Source: a virus. Taken from it: a stretch of 64,000 nt of DNA. The notes beneath the pieces were generated by a model. The model saw only the letters and a list, made by a program, of their open reading frames with translations, made no database searches and was not told where the DNA came from. The translations under genes were made by a program, and so were the position numbers. This document shows, piece after piece, positions 1 through 9,996 of this stretch. Where the stretch lies: positions 67,439-131,438 of IMG/VR virus record IMGVR_UViG_3300023174_000068; one strand, 5' to 3'. The stretch's first letter is position 1; each line of letters begins with the position of its first letter.

Positions 1-214
1 TTCGTCTGGATCTGTAATGTATGTTGAAATGGTTGGGTCTGGTGATGATACAATTTCACAAAAAAGTATTTTACGAGAAGAACTTACACAATCATTAGGA
101 TTTTTTAATGATTCAGAAAAATATCCAGAAAGCATTTTCTATCAAAATTCAAATAGTAACACAGAATATGCACCTATTGATAGAGAAGTGATTGATATTT
201 TATATAATAACTAA
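1..214 (+). CDS. 3' end of a hypothetical protein, probably truncated by the window start
   Basis: Frame open from the window edge to TAA at 212-214; no recognisable motif. Confidence 0.5.
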   Translation, partial: SSGSVMYVEMVGSGDDTISQKSILREELTQSLGFFNDSEKYPESIFYQNSNSNTEYAPIDREVIDILYNN

Positions 215-232
215 ATTATTTAAATATAAGAA

Positions 233-241
233 TAATATATA
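233..241 (+). promoter_or_regulatory. putative late promoter TAATATATA (representative of more than 20 copies)
   Basis: Same motif at 31290, 61751 (+) and 14040-14048, 14632-14640 (-), among others; analogous to the T4 late promoter TATAAATA. Confidence 0.7.
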
Positions 242-248
242 CTTAAGT

Positions 249-629
249 ATGAAAAGACTTAAGTTATTTGAGGCCTTTGTCGACGCCTTAGAATTTGTTA
301 ACGACGGACGCAGAGGTGAATGTAATTTATACCAAATCTGGACCAAACTAGGTGGTAGATTTAGTTTTAACAGTAGAGAAATAAATCTTCTAGATTTCAC
401 AAAAGTCGGTATTAGAAAACCTCTAATTCCAGTGGCAATAAGTCAAGATTTTGATGGCAAAATGTGTATACTTGATTCAATATACATTTCGGGTTCTAAT
501 TTATTTGGCCGAGTTATTATAGATTCATCAGTGGGTAAAAAAATTAAGTCGTTTCCACTAGAATTGATAAACATAGACAGATCAGAAGAGCATTTGTCTA
601 TGTTCAACAAATTAGAACAAAAGATATGA
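249..629 (+). CDS. hypothetical protein with a CTS-like N-terminus
   Basis: Start revised from 192 to ATG 249: MKRLKLFEAF, preceded by TAATATATA at 233-241. Confidence 0.65.
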   Translation: MKRLKLFEAFVDALEFVNDGRRGECNLYQIWTKLGGRFSFNSREINLLDFTKVGIRKPLIPVAISQDFDGKMCILDSIYISGSNLFGRVIIDSSVGKKIKSFPLELINIDRSEEHLSMFNKLEQKI

Positions 630-712
630 AGTTGGCAAAGACGAAAATCACAAAGAAAAAACGCTTTTAGTGGTTGATGCTGACTATGATGTTTATGCAC
701 AAATAGGTAAGT

Positions 713-1324
713 TTAGCTAATAGGGCAATGACTAGCTGAGTAGATATATTTCCAATCCCTTTTAATATTAACACCCAAAGATTCAGCTGTTGTAATAATA
801 TCTTCTAGGCACTCGGAGTCAGCACCACCTACGATAGTAACTTCTTTACCTTTTAACTTTTGAAGTAAGTTATACAATTTAACGGGACATTGAAACCACT
901 GATGATTGTTTCCAATGAATACTATAATAGTACCTTCTTCTGTTGGAAAATACTGACCTTTACTTAGAGTCTTTTCTTGAGACTTAATCTGTTGATAAAC
1001 TTCTTTACTTAGAATCTTTTTATAAAATTCAACATCAACATCATAGTTATATCTTTTTTCAATAATATCCTTTTGATTTGGGAAATTATAAATATCATTA
1101 TGATCTGGGACATCTGGATTATGGTCATATAGATAATCTTTATCCGGATTCTTACCATGGACATGATTATCAAATATTTGATAAACATCAGTAAAGTTAT
1201 TACAATACTTTTTCAACTCATTTAAATACATTTCACTAAAGAACTTCTTAAATGACTTTTGAACATCTACAATTACTAATATAGATTCATTTTGAAACTT
1301 TTCGAATTTTTTAATACAAACCAT
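713..1324 (-). CDS. isochorismatase/cysteine hydrolase-like protein
   Basis: ILVIVDVQKSF (catalytic Asp) and VTIVGGADSECL (catalytic Cys) motifs. Confidence 0.7.
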   Translation of the reverse strand: MVCIKKFEKFQNESILVIVDVQKSFKKFFSEMYLNELKKYCNNFTDVYQIFDNHVHGKNPDKDYLYDHNPDVPDHNDIYNFPNQKDIIEKRYNYDVDVEFYKKILSKEVYQQIKSQEKTLSKGQYFPTEEGTIIVFIGNNHQWFQCPVKLYNLLQKLKGKEVTIVGGADSECLEDIITTAESLGVNIKRDWKYIYSASHCPIS

Positions 1325-1423
1325 TAACTATATATAAAATCAATTTTAATATCTCTTTTTATCTTACTACAAAGAGGTTGTAAATTAGTTTTTGTTTATT
1401 TTGCTAACCCTTTTAATTAAAAA

Positions 1424-1798
1424 TTATGTTATCACCGCACTGACCTCGTATCCAGCGATTGTAAAGTCTATTGTCATATATTCTTCATGTTTTTCTGGAT
1501 GTTCAAAAAAGTCAACTACTACCGAATATTCTATATCATTTATTTCTGGTATGAACTTGCGTATCTGCTGAATTAAATCTGATTGTATTGCATCGGCGGA
1601 TAATCTGGTCTCATGTAGCAACTCTACTAAATCGGAACCTAATTCAGGATTAGCCAATACGTCACCTTTATTAGTGAATATAATCATTTCCCATTTCTGT
1701 ATGATAACTCTCACCACATCATCTTCGATTATTTCAGTGTTTCGAAATTTAGGATGACCTTTGTATCTAATATAAAAATCTATAAAACTTGATTCCAT
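1424..1798 (-). CDS. baseplate wedge protein, gp25-like
   Basis: IIFTNKGDVLANPELGSDLVELLHE matches the gp25/GPW T-x-x-GE-x-x-x-x-P-x-FG pattern; 124 aa. Confidence 0.75.
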   Translation of the reverse strand: MESSFIDFYIRYKGHPKFRNTEIIEDDVVRVIIQKWEMIIFTNKGDVLANPELGSDLVELLHETRLSADAIQSDLIQQIRKFIPEINDIEYSVVVDFFEHPEKHEEYMTIDFTIAGYEVSAVIT

Positions 1799-1817
1799 TA
1801 AGTTATATATAAATATA

Positions 1818-2789
1818 CTAACTCTCAGATACTGCTTCTCGGAGTTTTCCTATTACACTCATCGCCAGAACTATTGGGTCTAATGAAGTTTCGATTTTTG
1901 GATGATATTCAGAGACAATAAAATTACACTGGAATAGTTTATCTATTTTGACACCTCTTTCAATAGCATGGTCTATAAAAGGCTTTCCTAAAATATTTAA
2001 CATATCGTCAATTTTTTCTGGTCCAAATTTTGAGTTAACAAAATGGTATATTTTTTCGTAATCGTTTTGATTGTCGAATATGGCCGAGAATAACTCTTCT
2101 TTTAATCGGTTTGACACGCTGGTGCCCAAAGAATCTTGGTGCCCAGTTGTCAAGAAATCCTGTAAGTGAACTAATGTTTTTCTTAAATCTGGGAAGTTTT
2201 TTTTAACAATATTGACAATGTCCTGTTTTGGTAAAGTTTTATTTTCATCTAGTAGTATAACATCTCTTATTCTTAAAAAAATTTGTTGTTGAATATATTT
2301 TTCTTCTTCGACATTGAGACAATCAAAATTAATCTGAGGAATTCTGGACTTTATACCATCGGAAATCTTATGAATGTGATTAGTAGTTATTATAAATCGA
2401 ACATTTTTATTGTATTTCTCGATGAAGGCCTTAAAGGCATCTTGAAACTGAGCGGATACTCTTTCAAACTCATCTAAAAAAACATATTTCATATCTGATT
2501 CAGCGTCCATAATAGAAGAGAACTTGCAAAAATCGTCAATTTTATTTCTTAAAACATCTATTGATGTAAATAGTGAAGAATTTAACTCAAGATGTGGTTT
2601 ACTTTTATCATACTTACCAATAAGAATTCGAGCTAAAGTCGTTTTACCAGTACCATAGTGGCCATAAAATATAAAATTATTCGGCACGCCGTTTGTGAAA
2701 TACTCACGAATTCTTGGCAACAAAACCATATCGTCTAACGTTTTTGGTCGCCATTTTTCCCATAAAAGTAACTGGTTTACTGAACTCAT
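1818..2789 (-). CDS. clamp loader AAA+ subunit (gp44/RFC small subunit-like)
   Basis: LWEKWRPKTLDD, Walker A GHYGTGKT, Walker B FLDEFE, RFIITTN, IKSR. Second ATG chosen as start. Confidence 0.9.
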   Translation of the reverse strand: MSSVNQLLLWEKWRPKTLDDMVLLPRIREYFTNGVPNNFIFYGHYGTGKTTLARILIGKYDKSKPHLELNSSLFTSIDVLRNKIDDFCKFSSIMDAESDMKYVFLDEFERVSAQFQDAFKAFIEKYNKNVRFIITTNHIHKISDGIKSRIPQINFDCLNVEEEKYIQQQIFLRIRDVILLDENKTLPKQDIVNIVKKNFPDLRKTLVHLQDFLTTGHQDSLGTSVSNRLKEELFSAIFDNQNDYEKIYHFVNSKFGPEKIDDMLNILGKPFIDHAIERGVKIDKLFQCNFIVSEYHPKIETSLDPIVLAMSVIGKLREAVSES

Positions 2790-2855
2790 AATGTTTATAT
2801 ACAAATAAATTACAAAAGTTAAATTTAGAAGACCTCTGAAATTATATATAGTTCA

Positions 2856-3887
2856 ATGATTGGTGAAAGGTTTAATTTTGAAGATGTTTTTTTTAGAGAC
2901 CTTACTGTTTGTGTATTGGACACTTTTGAAGGTCAAATAAAATGGGTGAATCGATTCAGCTCAGGTGATGTAAATGTGAACGTGCCTTTTTACTACTCTT
3001 TGACAGGTGATGAGAGGTTTTTACTAGACTCATTTAGCGATGATATTGTATCTGAAAATCGTTTTGTTGAATTAAACACTGATATTATTCCAAGAGGCCA
3101 TTTGACGATGACAGGATTTAATATAAGATCAGATGAATTTGCAAATCCGAATGTCTGGCTAAGAATGGTAGTGGAAAACGAAATCGAAATTAGAAAAATT
3201 TTAGCCAGAGTTAGAAGTATTCCTATAACTGTAAATTACGACTTAACTGTGTTATTGTCGTCTGAAGTAGACACTTTCAAATGTTCTCAAGCTATCATGG
3301 ACACACTTTGGATGTATAAATATATGTATTTTGAATACAATTTTATGAATATAGACGCCATGATACTGATGCCGGATACAAATACTATTCAGATATCTCG
3401 CGAGAAAAATCTGACGTCGGATAATTCAATAACACTTAAAGTTTCTTTTGAAGTACACACTTACTACCCAGCAATGAGAAAAGACAGAATCAACTCAGAG
3501 GGTTACACAAGAACATATGGTGATGGATCTACGTTTGAAGGAACAAATGGTGAGCCACCGGCTTTTTTCCCAGTTGGTCAATATCCAATAAACGATGGTT
3601 CACTTCAGCCCCCGTTTGTTCAGCCACCATTTCCACCAATTACAGGAGCCACGGGTGCAAATGTTAACATACCCCCAGTTTTTCCAGAAGAATTTCCAAA
3701 AAAGAAACAAAATCCGAGTCTTTTTAATGATCCTGATTATTTCATGATAGCACCTAAAAGAACAAAGTGGTTCAATAATATTCTACAAGCCAGAGAAAAA
3801 AATGCTAGGTTGAATAATATCAATGCTGGTAGTAATCCATCTCCTCCAAAAGGAGGCTCGAACCGACCAACAAATCCAAATTCATAA
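2856..3887 (+). CDS. tail sheath stabiliser/completion protein, gp15-like
   Basis: VNVPFYY...ERFL, IPRGHL and PITVNYDL resemble T4 gp15; Pro-rich C-terminal tail. Confidence 0.6.
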   Translation: MIGERFNFEDVFFRDLTVCVLDTFEGQIKWVNRFSSGDVNVNVPFYYSLTGDERFLLDSFSDDIVSENRFVELNTDIIPRGHLTMTGFNIRSDEFANPNVWLRMVVENEIEIRKILARVRSIPITVNYDLTVLLSSEVDTFKCSQAIMDTLWMYKYMYFEYNFMNIDAMILMPDTNTIQISREKNLTSDNSITLKVSFEVHTYYPAMRKDRINSEGYTRTYGDGSTFEGTNGEPPAFFPVGQYPINDGSLQPPFVQPPFPPITGATGANVNIPPVFPEEFPKKKQNPSLFNDPDYFMIAPKRTKWFNNILQAREKNARLNNINAGSNPSPPKGGSNRPTNPNS

Positions 3888-3969
3888 GTTTACCAGCAGG
3901 AAAAAAGAAAAAATTGACTTTTAATTAATAATATATAGAGTATTAAACTAAAAAATATTTTAAAAAAAT

Positions 3970-5253
3970 ATGAAGAATCTTAAATTAGAATTGTTCAATT
4001 TCAAAAGGAGTCTAACCTTAGACCAAGAAGAAATTTGTCAAATTGTCGAAGGGCATATGAATGCATGTGACACGCATTCAGAAAAAAACATCGTTATGTC
4101 ATTAAACGAAAGATTAAAGCCTTATACTTATGACAAGTCAGTAAAGTCTCTACTCGAATCTCTAAACGATGATATGTCTAATTATGAGCTATTATATGAG
4201 TTAAAAAACTTATATAATGTACTTAATTCAAAAAATCAAGGTGAGCTTTACAGACAGCCAATTAATGTCATTTTACAAACAATTAATTTAGATTCTGACC
4301 AAGATAGACTTTCAAAAATATTAAATGAACTTTCTGTATATGATTGGGTTCCGGAAATTAAATTATTTGTTCACAATTTAACAAAATCACCTGAAAAAAG
4401 AGCAAATCTTTTGAGTGGAGGCAAATCTGAATCCGTTTACACAATTGTTGAAACAGTAGAAGATGGACACATCGCTCTAATCAAAGATTCTTGGTTTCTT
4501 TTGACAGAAAATTCAATTGAAAAGACTCTTTTAGAAAATAATGTTAAAAACGAAGAGGAATTGACTACTTTAAGAACTCTACAAACAGCTATGAACTATG
4601 CTACAATTGTTGAGGATAGAATTAATTTTAGAATATCCGAATATCTAACACTTGGGATGTCTGTTTCAAAGAAAGGTTTACTTTTTGTAAACGATGATGA
4701 ATTAAACGAAGAAACTACTTTAGAATCTTTATTTTCTTCTCCTATTGTGCCGATTGTAAACAAAAACTTTTATCCAATGTTACAAACAGTATCTGAAAAC
4801 TTAGATAAATTCGTTGAATTAGACGTAGTTAAAAGAGTAACAAATTTGATAAATCCTTATTTGGAATGCTTTGCTTTTAACTATAAAAATAATGTCTATC
4901 TTTATAGATGCGACGAAAGATACGGAAACTCCTTCTTTAAATATGAATCTGCATTAGAACTTGTTAATGAAATAAAGAATGAATTAAATTATGATTTAAC
5001 ATATTTCTTTGAAGACAAACTTTCAAAAGAATTAGTTGTTAAGAGAAAACTTGAAGATAAAGAAAGAGAAGTAACACTAAAATTAGAAGATGTTAAATTC
5101 AATATTGAGAAAGTCAAAAGTTCAATCAAACTAATCGGAGAGTCTGAAGTATTAACAACAGCACTTAAAAACTTAGAAAAAAGAAAAACGGTTCTTGAAT
5201 CCGAATTGAACGGAGTAAAAGAATTACAATACAACGAAAGAATTAAACTTTAA
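3970..5253 (+). CDS. hypothetical protein (probably virion-associated, C-terminal coiled coil)
   Basis: 427-aa ORF, AATATATA motif upstream, terminator downstream. Confidence 0.6.
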   Translation: MKNLKLELFNFKRSLTLDQEEICQIVEGHMNACDTHSEKNIVMSLNERLKPYTYDKSVKSLLESLNDDMSNYELLYELKNLYNVLNSKNQGELYRQPINVILQTINLDSDQDRLSKILNELSVYDWVPEIKLFVHNLTKSPEKRANLLSGGKSESVYTIVETVEDGHIALIKDSWFLLTENSIEKTLLENNVKNEEELTTLRTLQTAMNYATIVEDRINFRISEYLTLGMSVSKKGLLFVNDDELNEETTLESLFSSPIVPIVNKNFYPMLQTVSENLDKFVELDVVKRVTNLINPYLECFAFNYKNNVYLYRCDERYGNSFFKYESALELVNEIKNELNYDLTYFFEDKLSKELVVKRKLEDKEREVTLKLEDVKFNIEKVKSSIKLIGESEVLTTALKNLEKRKTVLESELNGVKELQYNERIKL

Positions 5254-5272
5254 TTATTTGAAATAAATTTTG

Positions 5273-5298
5273 AAACCCTCTTTTTAAGAGGGTTTTTT
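5273..5298 (+). terminator. Rho-independent terminator
   Basis: AAACCCTCTT-ttt-AAGAGGGTTT hairpin followed by a T-run. Confidence 0.75.
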
Positions 5299-5455
5299 AT
5301 TTTAATAAACTTTTTTGATGAATAAGTATATAACATGAAAAAAAAGTTAGATTTAATATGATTCATACAGTAAGAAAATTAAAACTAATTCAAAATTCCA
5401 AACTAAATAAAAAATACTTTTCTGATTTTTTATTCAAAAAAATAATCCTAAAGCC

Positions 5456-5821
5456 ATTTATCTAAATAATAAAGATCTCTTCGTAGAGATTATCGTGTCT
5501 AAAGCACAAGGAAAATTAACAAGAAACGCAGAAAAAATGCTAGAACTCTTAGCAAAGAAAACTGTTAAAAAAATGAGATACTGGTCAAATGACGACAAAT
5601 TAGATTGTTATCAATCGGGTCTGTTAGATATGTTTCAAAACTGGTATAATTTCAATGAAGAAAAATCGACTAACGCATTTGCCTACTTCACGGAGATATT
5701 TAAACGCGGCTTGGCCAAGGGATTTAACCAAATATACTCCAAAAAAGGAGACAGCGATAATCAAATAAAACTGCTCTCTATTGAAGGATCTAATGAAGGA
5801 CAAGGTCTACACTCAATCTGA
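5456..5821 (+). CDS. late-transcription sigma factor, gp55-like (start uncertain, probably ATT)
   Basis: YLNNKDLFVEI upstream of GTG 5495 in the same frame; FNEEKSTNAFAYFTEI matches the gp55 family F-x-P-x-K-S-x-N-P-FAYFT motif. Confidence 0.75.
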   Translation: MYLNNKDLFVEIIVSKAQGKLTRNAEKMLELLAKKTVKKMRYWSNDDKLDCYQSGLLDMFQNWYNFNEEKSTNAFAYFTEIFKRGLAKGFNQIYSKKGDSDNQIKLLSIEGSNEGQGLHSI

Positions 5822-5898
5822 TAAAAAAAAACAACCTAATCGAACCTAATCAAAAAATTGATTAGGTTTTTTTATTTAATATATAAGAAAAAACCACT

Positions 5899-6273
5899 AT
5901 GAAAAAAATAAAAAAAATTATATCCAATTTCAACGATTATCTAGCAGATAGACTTTCTTATGTTCTATCAATTATGTTAACTTTTTATGTGATTAGTTTT
6001 CTTGTTGCTGTTCCACTTTTTTACACTCAACCAACAACAGTAGTAGCGTGGGCATCTTATCTTTGCTCAGTAGTATTTCAAGGTTTAGCTCTACCAGTGC
6101 TCGGATACACAGCTCGAAAATCTGGTGAAAAATCAGATAAAATGATGAGCGATATGTACAAAATGACCAAAAAAATTGAGGAATTAACAGAGTTAATTGA
6201 AAAACAACAACAACACTTAGAAAAAGATGTTGAAGAAATAATTGATATAGAGAAGTCTAAAAAGAATATTTAA
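5899..6273 (+). CDS. small membrane protein (two TM helices plus coiled coil)
   Basis: Two hydrophobic stretches followed by a charged heptad tail. Confidence 0.6.
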   Translation: MKKIKKIISNFNDYLADRLSYVLSIMLTFYVISFLVAVPLFYTQPTTVVAWASYLCSVVFQGLALPVLGYTARKSGEKSDKMMSDMYKMTKKIEELTELIEKQQQHLEKDVEEIIDIEKSKKNI

Positions 6274-7352
6274 ATATCTGTAAAAACAGTTCTAATCATA
6301 CGCTCAGTGACTAAGTATGGGTCGCAGTTTGAAGCGGGTCTTCTGTCTTCAAAATATCCTTTTCCATCAATCACAGATTGAGCGGGTATGCGAATTGATG
6401 TGTCTCGTGTGCTATATCCAAAACTAAATTCATGTATACCAGACGTTTCGTGTTCACCTGTTAGTCTCTCTTCATTAAAAAGGCCATAGACTTCTATGTG
6501 ATTGATATGGTTTGATTCTAATTTAGACATAGTCTCTTTGATAATTTCAAATCCGCCATTTTCTCTCATTGATGGAGTAGAGAAATTTACATGACAACCG
6601 GTGCCGTTCCAGTCACCTTTAATAGGCTTAGGGTGTAATGATACGTTTGTATTATATCTCTCGGCCACTCTCTGTAAGATATAACGAGATATCCAGAGTT
6701 GATCAGAACCGTTAATTGGAGTAACTGGTCCGATTTGATATTCCCATTGCCCAAGAAGAACTTCGGCATTTATTCCAGAAATTTCCAGACCAATTTCTAG
6801 ACACATATTCATGTGATTTTCAACAATCTCTCTTCCAATAACTGTATCGGCTCCTATTCCACAGTAGTAATCACCTTGTGGTCTTGGCATTTCTGATGGC
6901 TCATCTGTTGTAAATCCTAAAGGCAGACCTACACCATCTGAAAATGGACTTTTTGGTTTATGAGTTAATGTGTATTCCTGTTCCCAGCCAAACCAAGGAG
7001 AATCATTTTTTTCAACATTGTCATTTATATTAAATTCTAGCAGTGTCTCTGAAAGCATGTGTCTTTTGTTTGAAATGTGTGGAGTTCCATCAGGATTCAA
7101 AACTTCACAAAGTACCAGTTTATCATATACACTTCTTAGCGGATCTCTTACTACAAAAACAGGTTTAAGTAAACAGTCTGTATTTTCACCACGACCTGCT
7201 TTTGCTTGGTTTGTGGAGCTTCCGTCGAAAGACCACATTTGGTATAGTTCAATATTATTATCCAATCCATCTGATTCGACAATTTTGGTCTTACTTCTTA
7301 AATTCTGTGGTTCATTCCCATCAAGCCAGATATATTCTAGTTTAATTTTCAT
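6270..7352 (-). CDS. glnII: glutamine synthetase type II
   Basis: LEYIWLDG, WSFDGSST, FGWEQEY, GINAEV..GQWEYQIGP, PKPIKGDWNGTGCH, RLTGEHET, SIRIP, GYFEDRRPASNCDPY. Confidence 0.95.
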   Translation of the reverse strand: MKIKLEYIWLDGNEPQNLRSKTKIVESDGLDNNIELYQMWSFDGSSTNQAKAGRGENTDCLLKPVFVVRDPLRSVYDKLVLCEVLNPDGTPHISNKRHMLSETLLEFNINDNVEKNDSPWFGWEQEYTLTHKPKSPFSDGVGLPLGFTTDEPSEMPRPQGDYYCGIGADTVIGREIVENHMNMCLEIGLEISGINAEVLLGQWEYQIGPVTPINGSDQLWISRYILQRVAERYNTNVSLHPKPIKGDWNGTGCHVNFSTPSMRENGGFEIIKETMSKLESNHINHIEVYGLFNEERLTGEHETSGIHEFSFGYSTRDTSIRIPAQSVIDGKGYFEDRRPASNCDPYLVTERMIRTVFTDI

Positions 7353-7422
7353 TTTTTTATTTTTTTTATTTTTTTATTCAACAAAGTTTTAAATTAATAA
7401 TATAGAAGTTTCAAATACTTTA

Positions 7423-7701
7423 ATGAAAGAAGTCTATATTCAACTTTGGGAAATTTGGCTAATTGATAATTCTATTCAATCCGATGGTTGTTCTTTGCAT
7501 ATTTCATTAAGTTCTAGAAATAATTTTTTACAAAACTTAGAAAGAAATACCACAGAGCGACCGGTCGGTAAGCAAGAAATTGTTTATGTTGACAATTCAA
7601 TTTATCAAATATTAAAAAGAAAATCCGATATAAGACTCTCAGAAGTTGAATTTAATAATTCATTAAGTTTAAAAAGAATCGAAGTTTATGATAATGTTTA
7701 A
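7423..7701 (+). CDS. hypothetical protein
   Basis: 92-aa ORF overlapping the next gene. Confidence 0.5.
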   Translation: MKEVYIQLWEIWLIDNSIQSDGCSLHISLSSRNNFLQNLERNTTERPVGKQEIVYVDNSIYQILKRKSDIRLSEVEFNNSLSLKRIEVYDNV

Positions 7702-8014
7702 TCTTATTTCACTAATTTTCATTTTCTCTAATTCTTACTATATCTACCATTATAAAAGACTAGATGAACCGATTAGAGTCAGGGATTTCAATAAAAAATT
7801 AGATTTAGTTTATTATAGCCTTAAGCCTCTTTTTATAATCTGGCTCTTAATTGGTATATTTTTACAAGTTTCTAATATCTATTTAGTGCTATCTTTTTTG
7901 ATTATTTTAAGATTTCCTTTATATTATACAAATAAATCATTGTATTCACGATATCACCGTATTGTTCCTGTGGTAAACATCGTTCTACTTAGTTTGTTGT
8001 TGTTTAACTTATAG
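7688..8014 (+). CDS. hypothetical membrane protein
   Basis: Several hydrophobic segments in 108 aa. Confidence 0.55.
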   Translation: MIMFNLISLIFIFSNSYYIYHYKRLDEPIRVRDFNKKLDLVYYSLKPLFIIWLLIGIFLQVSNIYLVLSFLIILRFPLYYTNKSLYSRYHRIVPVVNIVLLSLLLFNL

Positions 8015-8536
8015 GTTAAATTTTTTTAAGTGATCTTCTGTAATTATTATAAACTCAAATCCCTTTTTTTGACACCAAGAAATCATAGTGTCCCATTTTT
8101 GTTTATTTTTATAAGCCATTTTTAGATCGTATTCAAAGTTTTTGAGTTTCTTTCCCCTGTTTTCAGGAATTTCCAATCTGCCTTCATTTAGGGCTAACAC
8201 CATGTTATATTCTTTTTGAGGTTTGACTTCAACTACTACCTTTTTTGTTAGAGTCTCATTAATTTTCATTTCATAATAAAAGTCAGGATAGTACGAGTGT
8301 TCTTTTATTTTAGTATCACCTTTATCAAAGTGTGTCATCTGGTATGGAATTTTCAAACATTCCGCGCCCCAAATAGATATTTTATCATTGTGGTCTAACC
8401 AAGTCATTATCTTTTTCTCCCAACTGCTTCGAAAAAATACGCCTCCAAGTGAATTTAATTTCAGCACTTTTTCTTTAAACTTTGGAATATAATTGCCCTG
8501 GTTATAGTTTGAGTTGTTGGGTTTAGCGTTTATCAT
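8009..8536 (-). CDS. head completion nuclease, gp4-like (TnsA-type PD-(D/E)XK)
   Basis: FRSSWE...W..E...IPY...HSYYPDFY...VEVKP pattern of T4 gp4. Confidence 0.85.
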   Translation of the reverse strand: MINAKPNNSNYNQGNYIPKFKEKVLKLNSLGGVFFRSSWEKKIMTWLDHNDKISIWGAECLKIPYQMTHFDKGDTKIKEHSYYPDFYYEMKINETLTKKVVVEVKPQKEYNMVLALNEGRLEIPENRGKKLKNFEYDLKMAYKNKQKWDTMISWCQKKGFEFIIITEDHLKKFNL

Positions 8537-8569
8537 AATTTATATATAAATAAAACAATCTCTGAGTAA

Positions 8570-9277
8570 ATGGGTGAATTATATGATAGATTTAAACTAA
8601 ATAAATTGGTTAGTTCTAACGACCCGGTAAGTTATTTCAAAGAAAACTCAATAGATTTTTATAAATCTTACACCAAATCAACTGAACAAATAAAAGCAAT
8701 TCCCGTAAGACTGATGATACCGGGAAAATTTTATTTTCTACATTACAAAGATGATTCTAATTGGATAAGATACTCACCTGTATTTATAACCGAACAGAAA
8801 CTTTATGAATCGAATATTCTTTTTACATGTGTAAATTTCAACTTTATACCACTTGAGATTAGAATACTTTTTTTTGATAAGTATATTAAAGAATTAGACT
8901 TTCAACAGGATATAAAAAAGAAAGGAAATCACTTTATAAAAGTAAAACATGAGATTATTTATAGAGAATTAAAAAAATTACGACTGGAATATAGCATCCA
9001 ACCCTATAACGCTGCTCAAATAGTGACCTGTCATAGAATAATGATGGAAGACTTACCCAGATTTTTATTCTCGGCTCACCCAAAAAACAAATATGATCCA
9101 AAGAAGTTAATCGAAATTTGGAAAACAAAAGCAAAAAATTCCGATCAAAGAGATGATGAGATGATGAAATTGACTACCGAGGACCTTTACAACTTTGACA
9201 AAGATTTTATGCAAAAGTTTGATACTTTAAGCTCCCATATCGAAAGGTTTAGAAAGAGTATTGAAAAGTGGGGCTAG
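8570..9277 (+). CDS. DNA end protector, gp2-like
   Basis: IPGKFYFLHY...PVF...VNFNFIPLEIR resembles T4 gp2; divergent from gp4. Confidence 0.55.
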   Translation: MGELYDRFKLNKLVSSNDPVSYFKENSIDFYKSYTKSTEQIKAIPVRLMIPGKFYFLHYKDDSNWIRYSPVFITEQKLYESNILFTCVNFNFIPLEIRILFFDKYIKELDFQQDIKKKGNHFIKVKHEIIYRELKKLRLEYSIQPYNAAQIVTCHRIMMEDLPRFLFSAHPKNKYDPKKLIEIWKTKAKNSDQRDDEMMKLTTEDLYNFDKDFMQKFDTLSSHIERFRKSIEKWG

Positions 9278-9279
9278 TC

Positions 9280-9639
9280 TTATTCAAATATTAGATCTAT
9301 TGAATTGTCTCTGTAAACCTGTTTAGTAATATCTCCTAAAATTGAATCTATCAACTTTTCGTAAATATCATCAACTTGAAGTGTTTCGTATTGATTGAGT
9401 GTGGCTAAATTTTTATTGTACCAACTATAAAAGAAATCGCAACAACACTCGATTAATTCTTCAAATGTGAAGTCATCTCTAAATAAATAACTACAATAAA
9501 GAACTTTGAAACCAAATTGATTCGATGTAGACGAGCCCCAAGACGGATTCTCATAGGAAATTATTACAGCGGTATTCCAGATTATCTCAATAGTGAATCC
9601 AAGTTCTTTTATTTTATCTAAGTGGTCAGTAAATTGCAT
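9280..9639 (-). CDS. hypothetical protein
   Basis: 119 aa, ends with the RDNSIDLIF motif. Confidence 0.55.
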   Translation of the reverse strand: MQFTDHLDKIKELGFTIEIIWNTAVIISYENPSWGSSTSNQFGFKVLYCSYLFRDDFTFEELIECCCDFFYSWYNKNLATLNQYETLQVDDIYEKLIDSILGDITKQVYRDNSIDLIFE

Positions 9640-9641
9640 AA

Positions 9642-9974
9642 TTAATTAGTCCTTTCGTAAGATTGGAAAACACAAACAAAAACTAAATCAGAGTTTCCGG
9701 TATTAAAAACTTTATGAAAGGCCCCGTCAGGGATCAAAATAATGTCATCAGATTTGACATCTATTCTTTGGTCGTCTAACTGCATTATACCCGTACCACT
9801 TTTAAAGAAATAAACTTCTTCTAATCCAGGGTGTGAATGCCCAGAAGTTTCTTTATTTGGGTGTAAAATTGTTTTTGATACACAAAGGTTATTTAAGAAT
9901 CTGTTGTCTTCTACAACATAGACTTCGGTGTCTCTAATTACGTTTCCTGAAATAACGTCACTATTGATTTTCAT
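9642..9974 (-). CDS. cupin domain protein
   Basis: HSHPGLEEVYFF and IPDGAFHKVFN cupin metal-binding motifs. Confidence 0.85.
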   Translation of the reverse strand: MKINSDVISGNVIRDTEVYVVEDNRFLNNLCVSKTILHPNKETSGHSHPGLEEVYFFKSGTGIMQLDDQRIDVKSDDIILIPDGAFHKVFNTGNSDLVFVCVFQSYERTN

Positions 9975-9996
9975 AATTATTTTTTTATTTTATATA

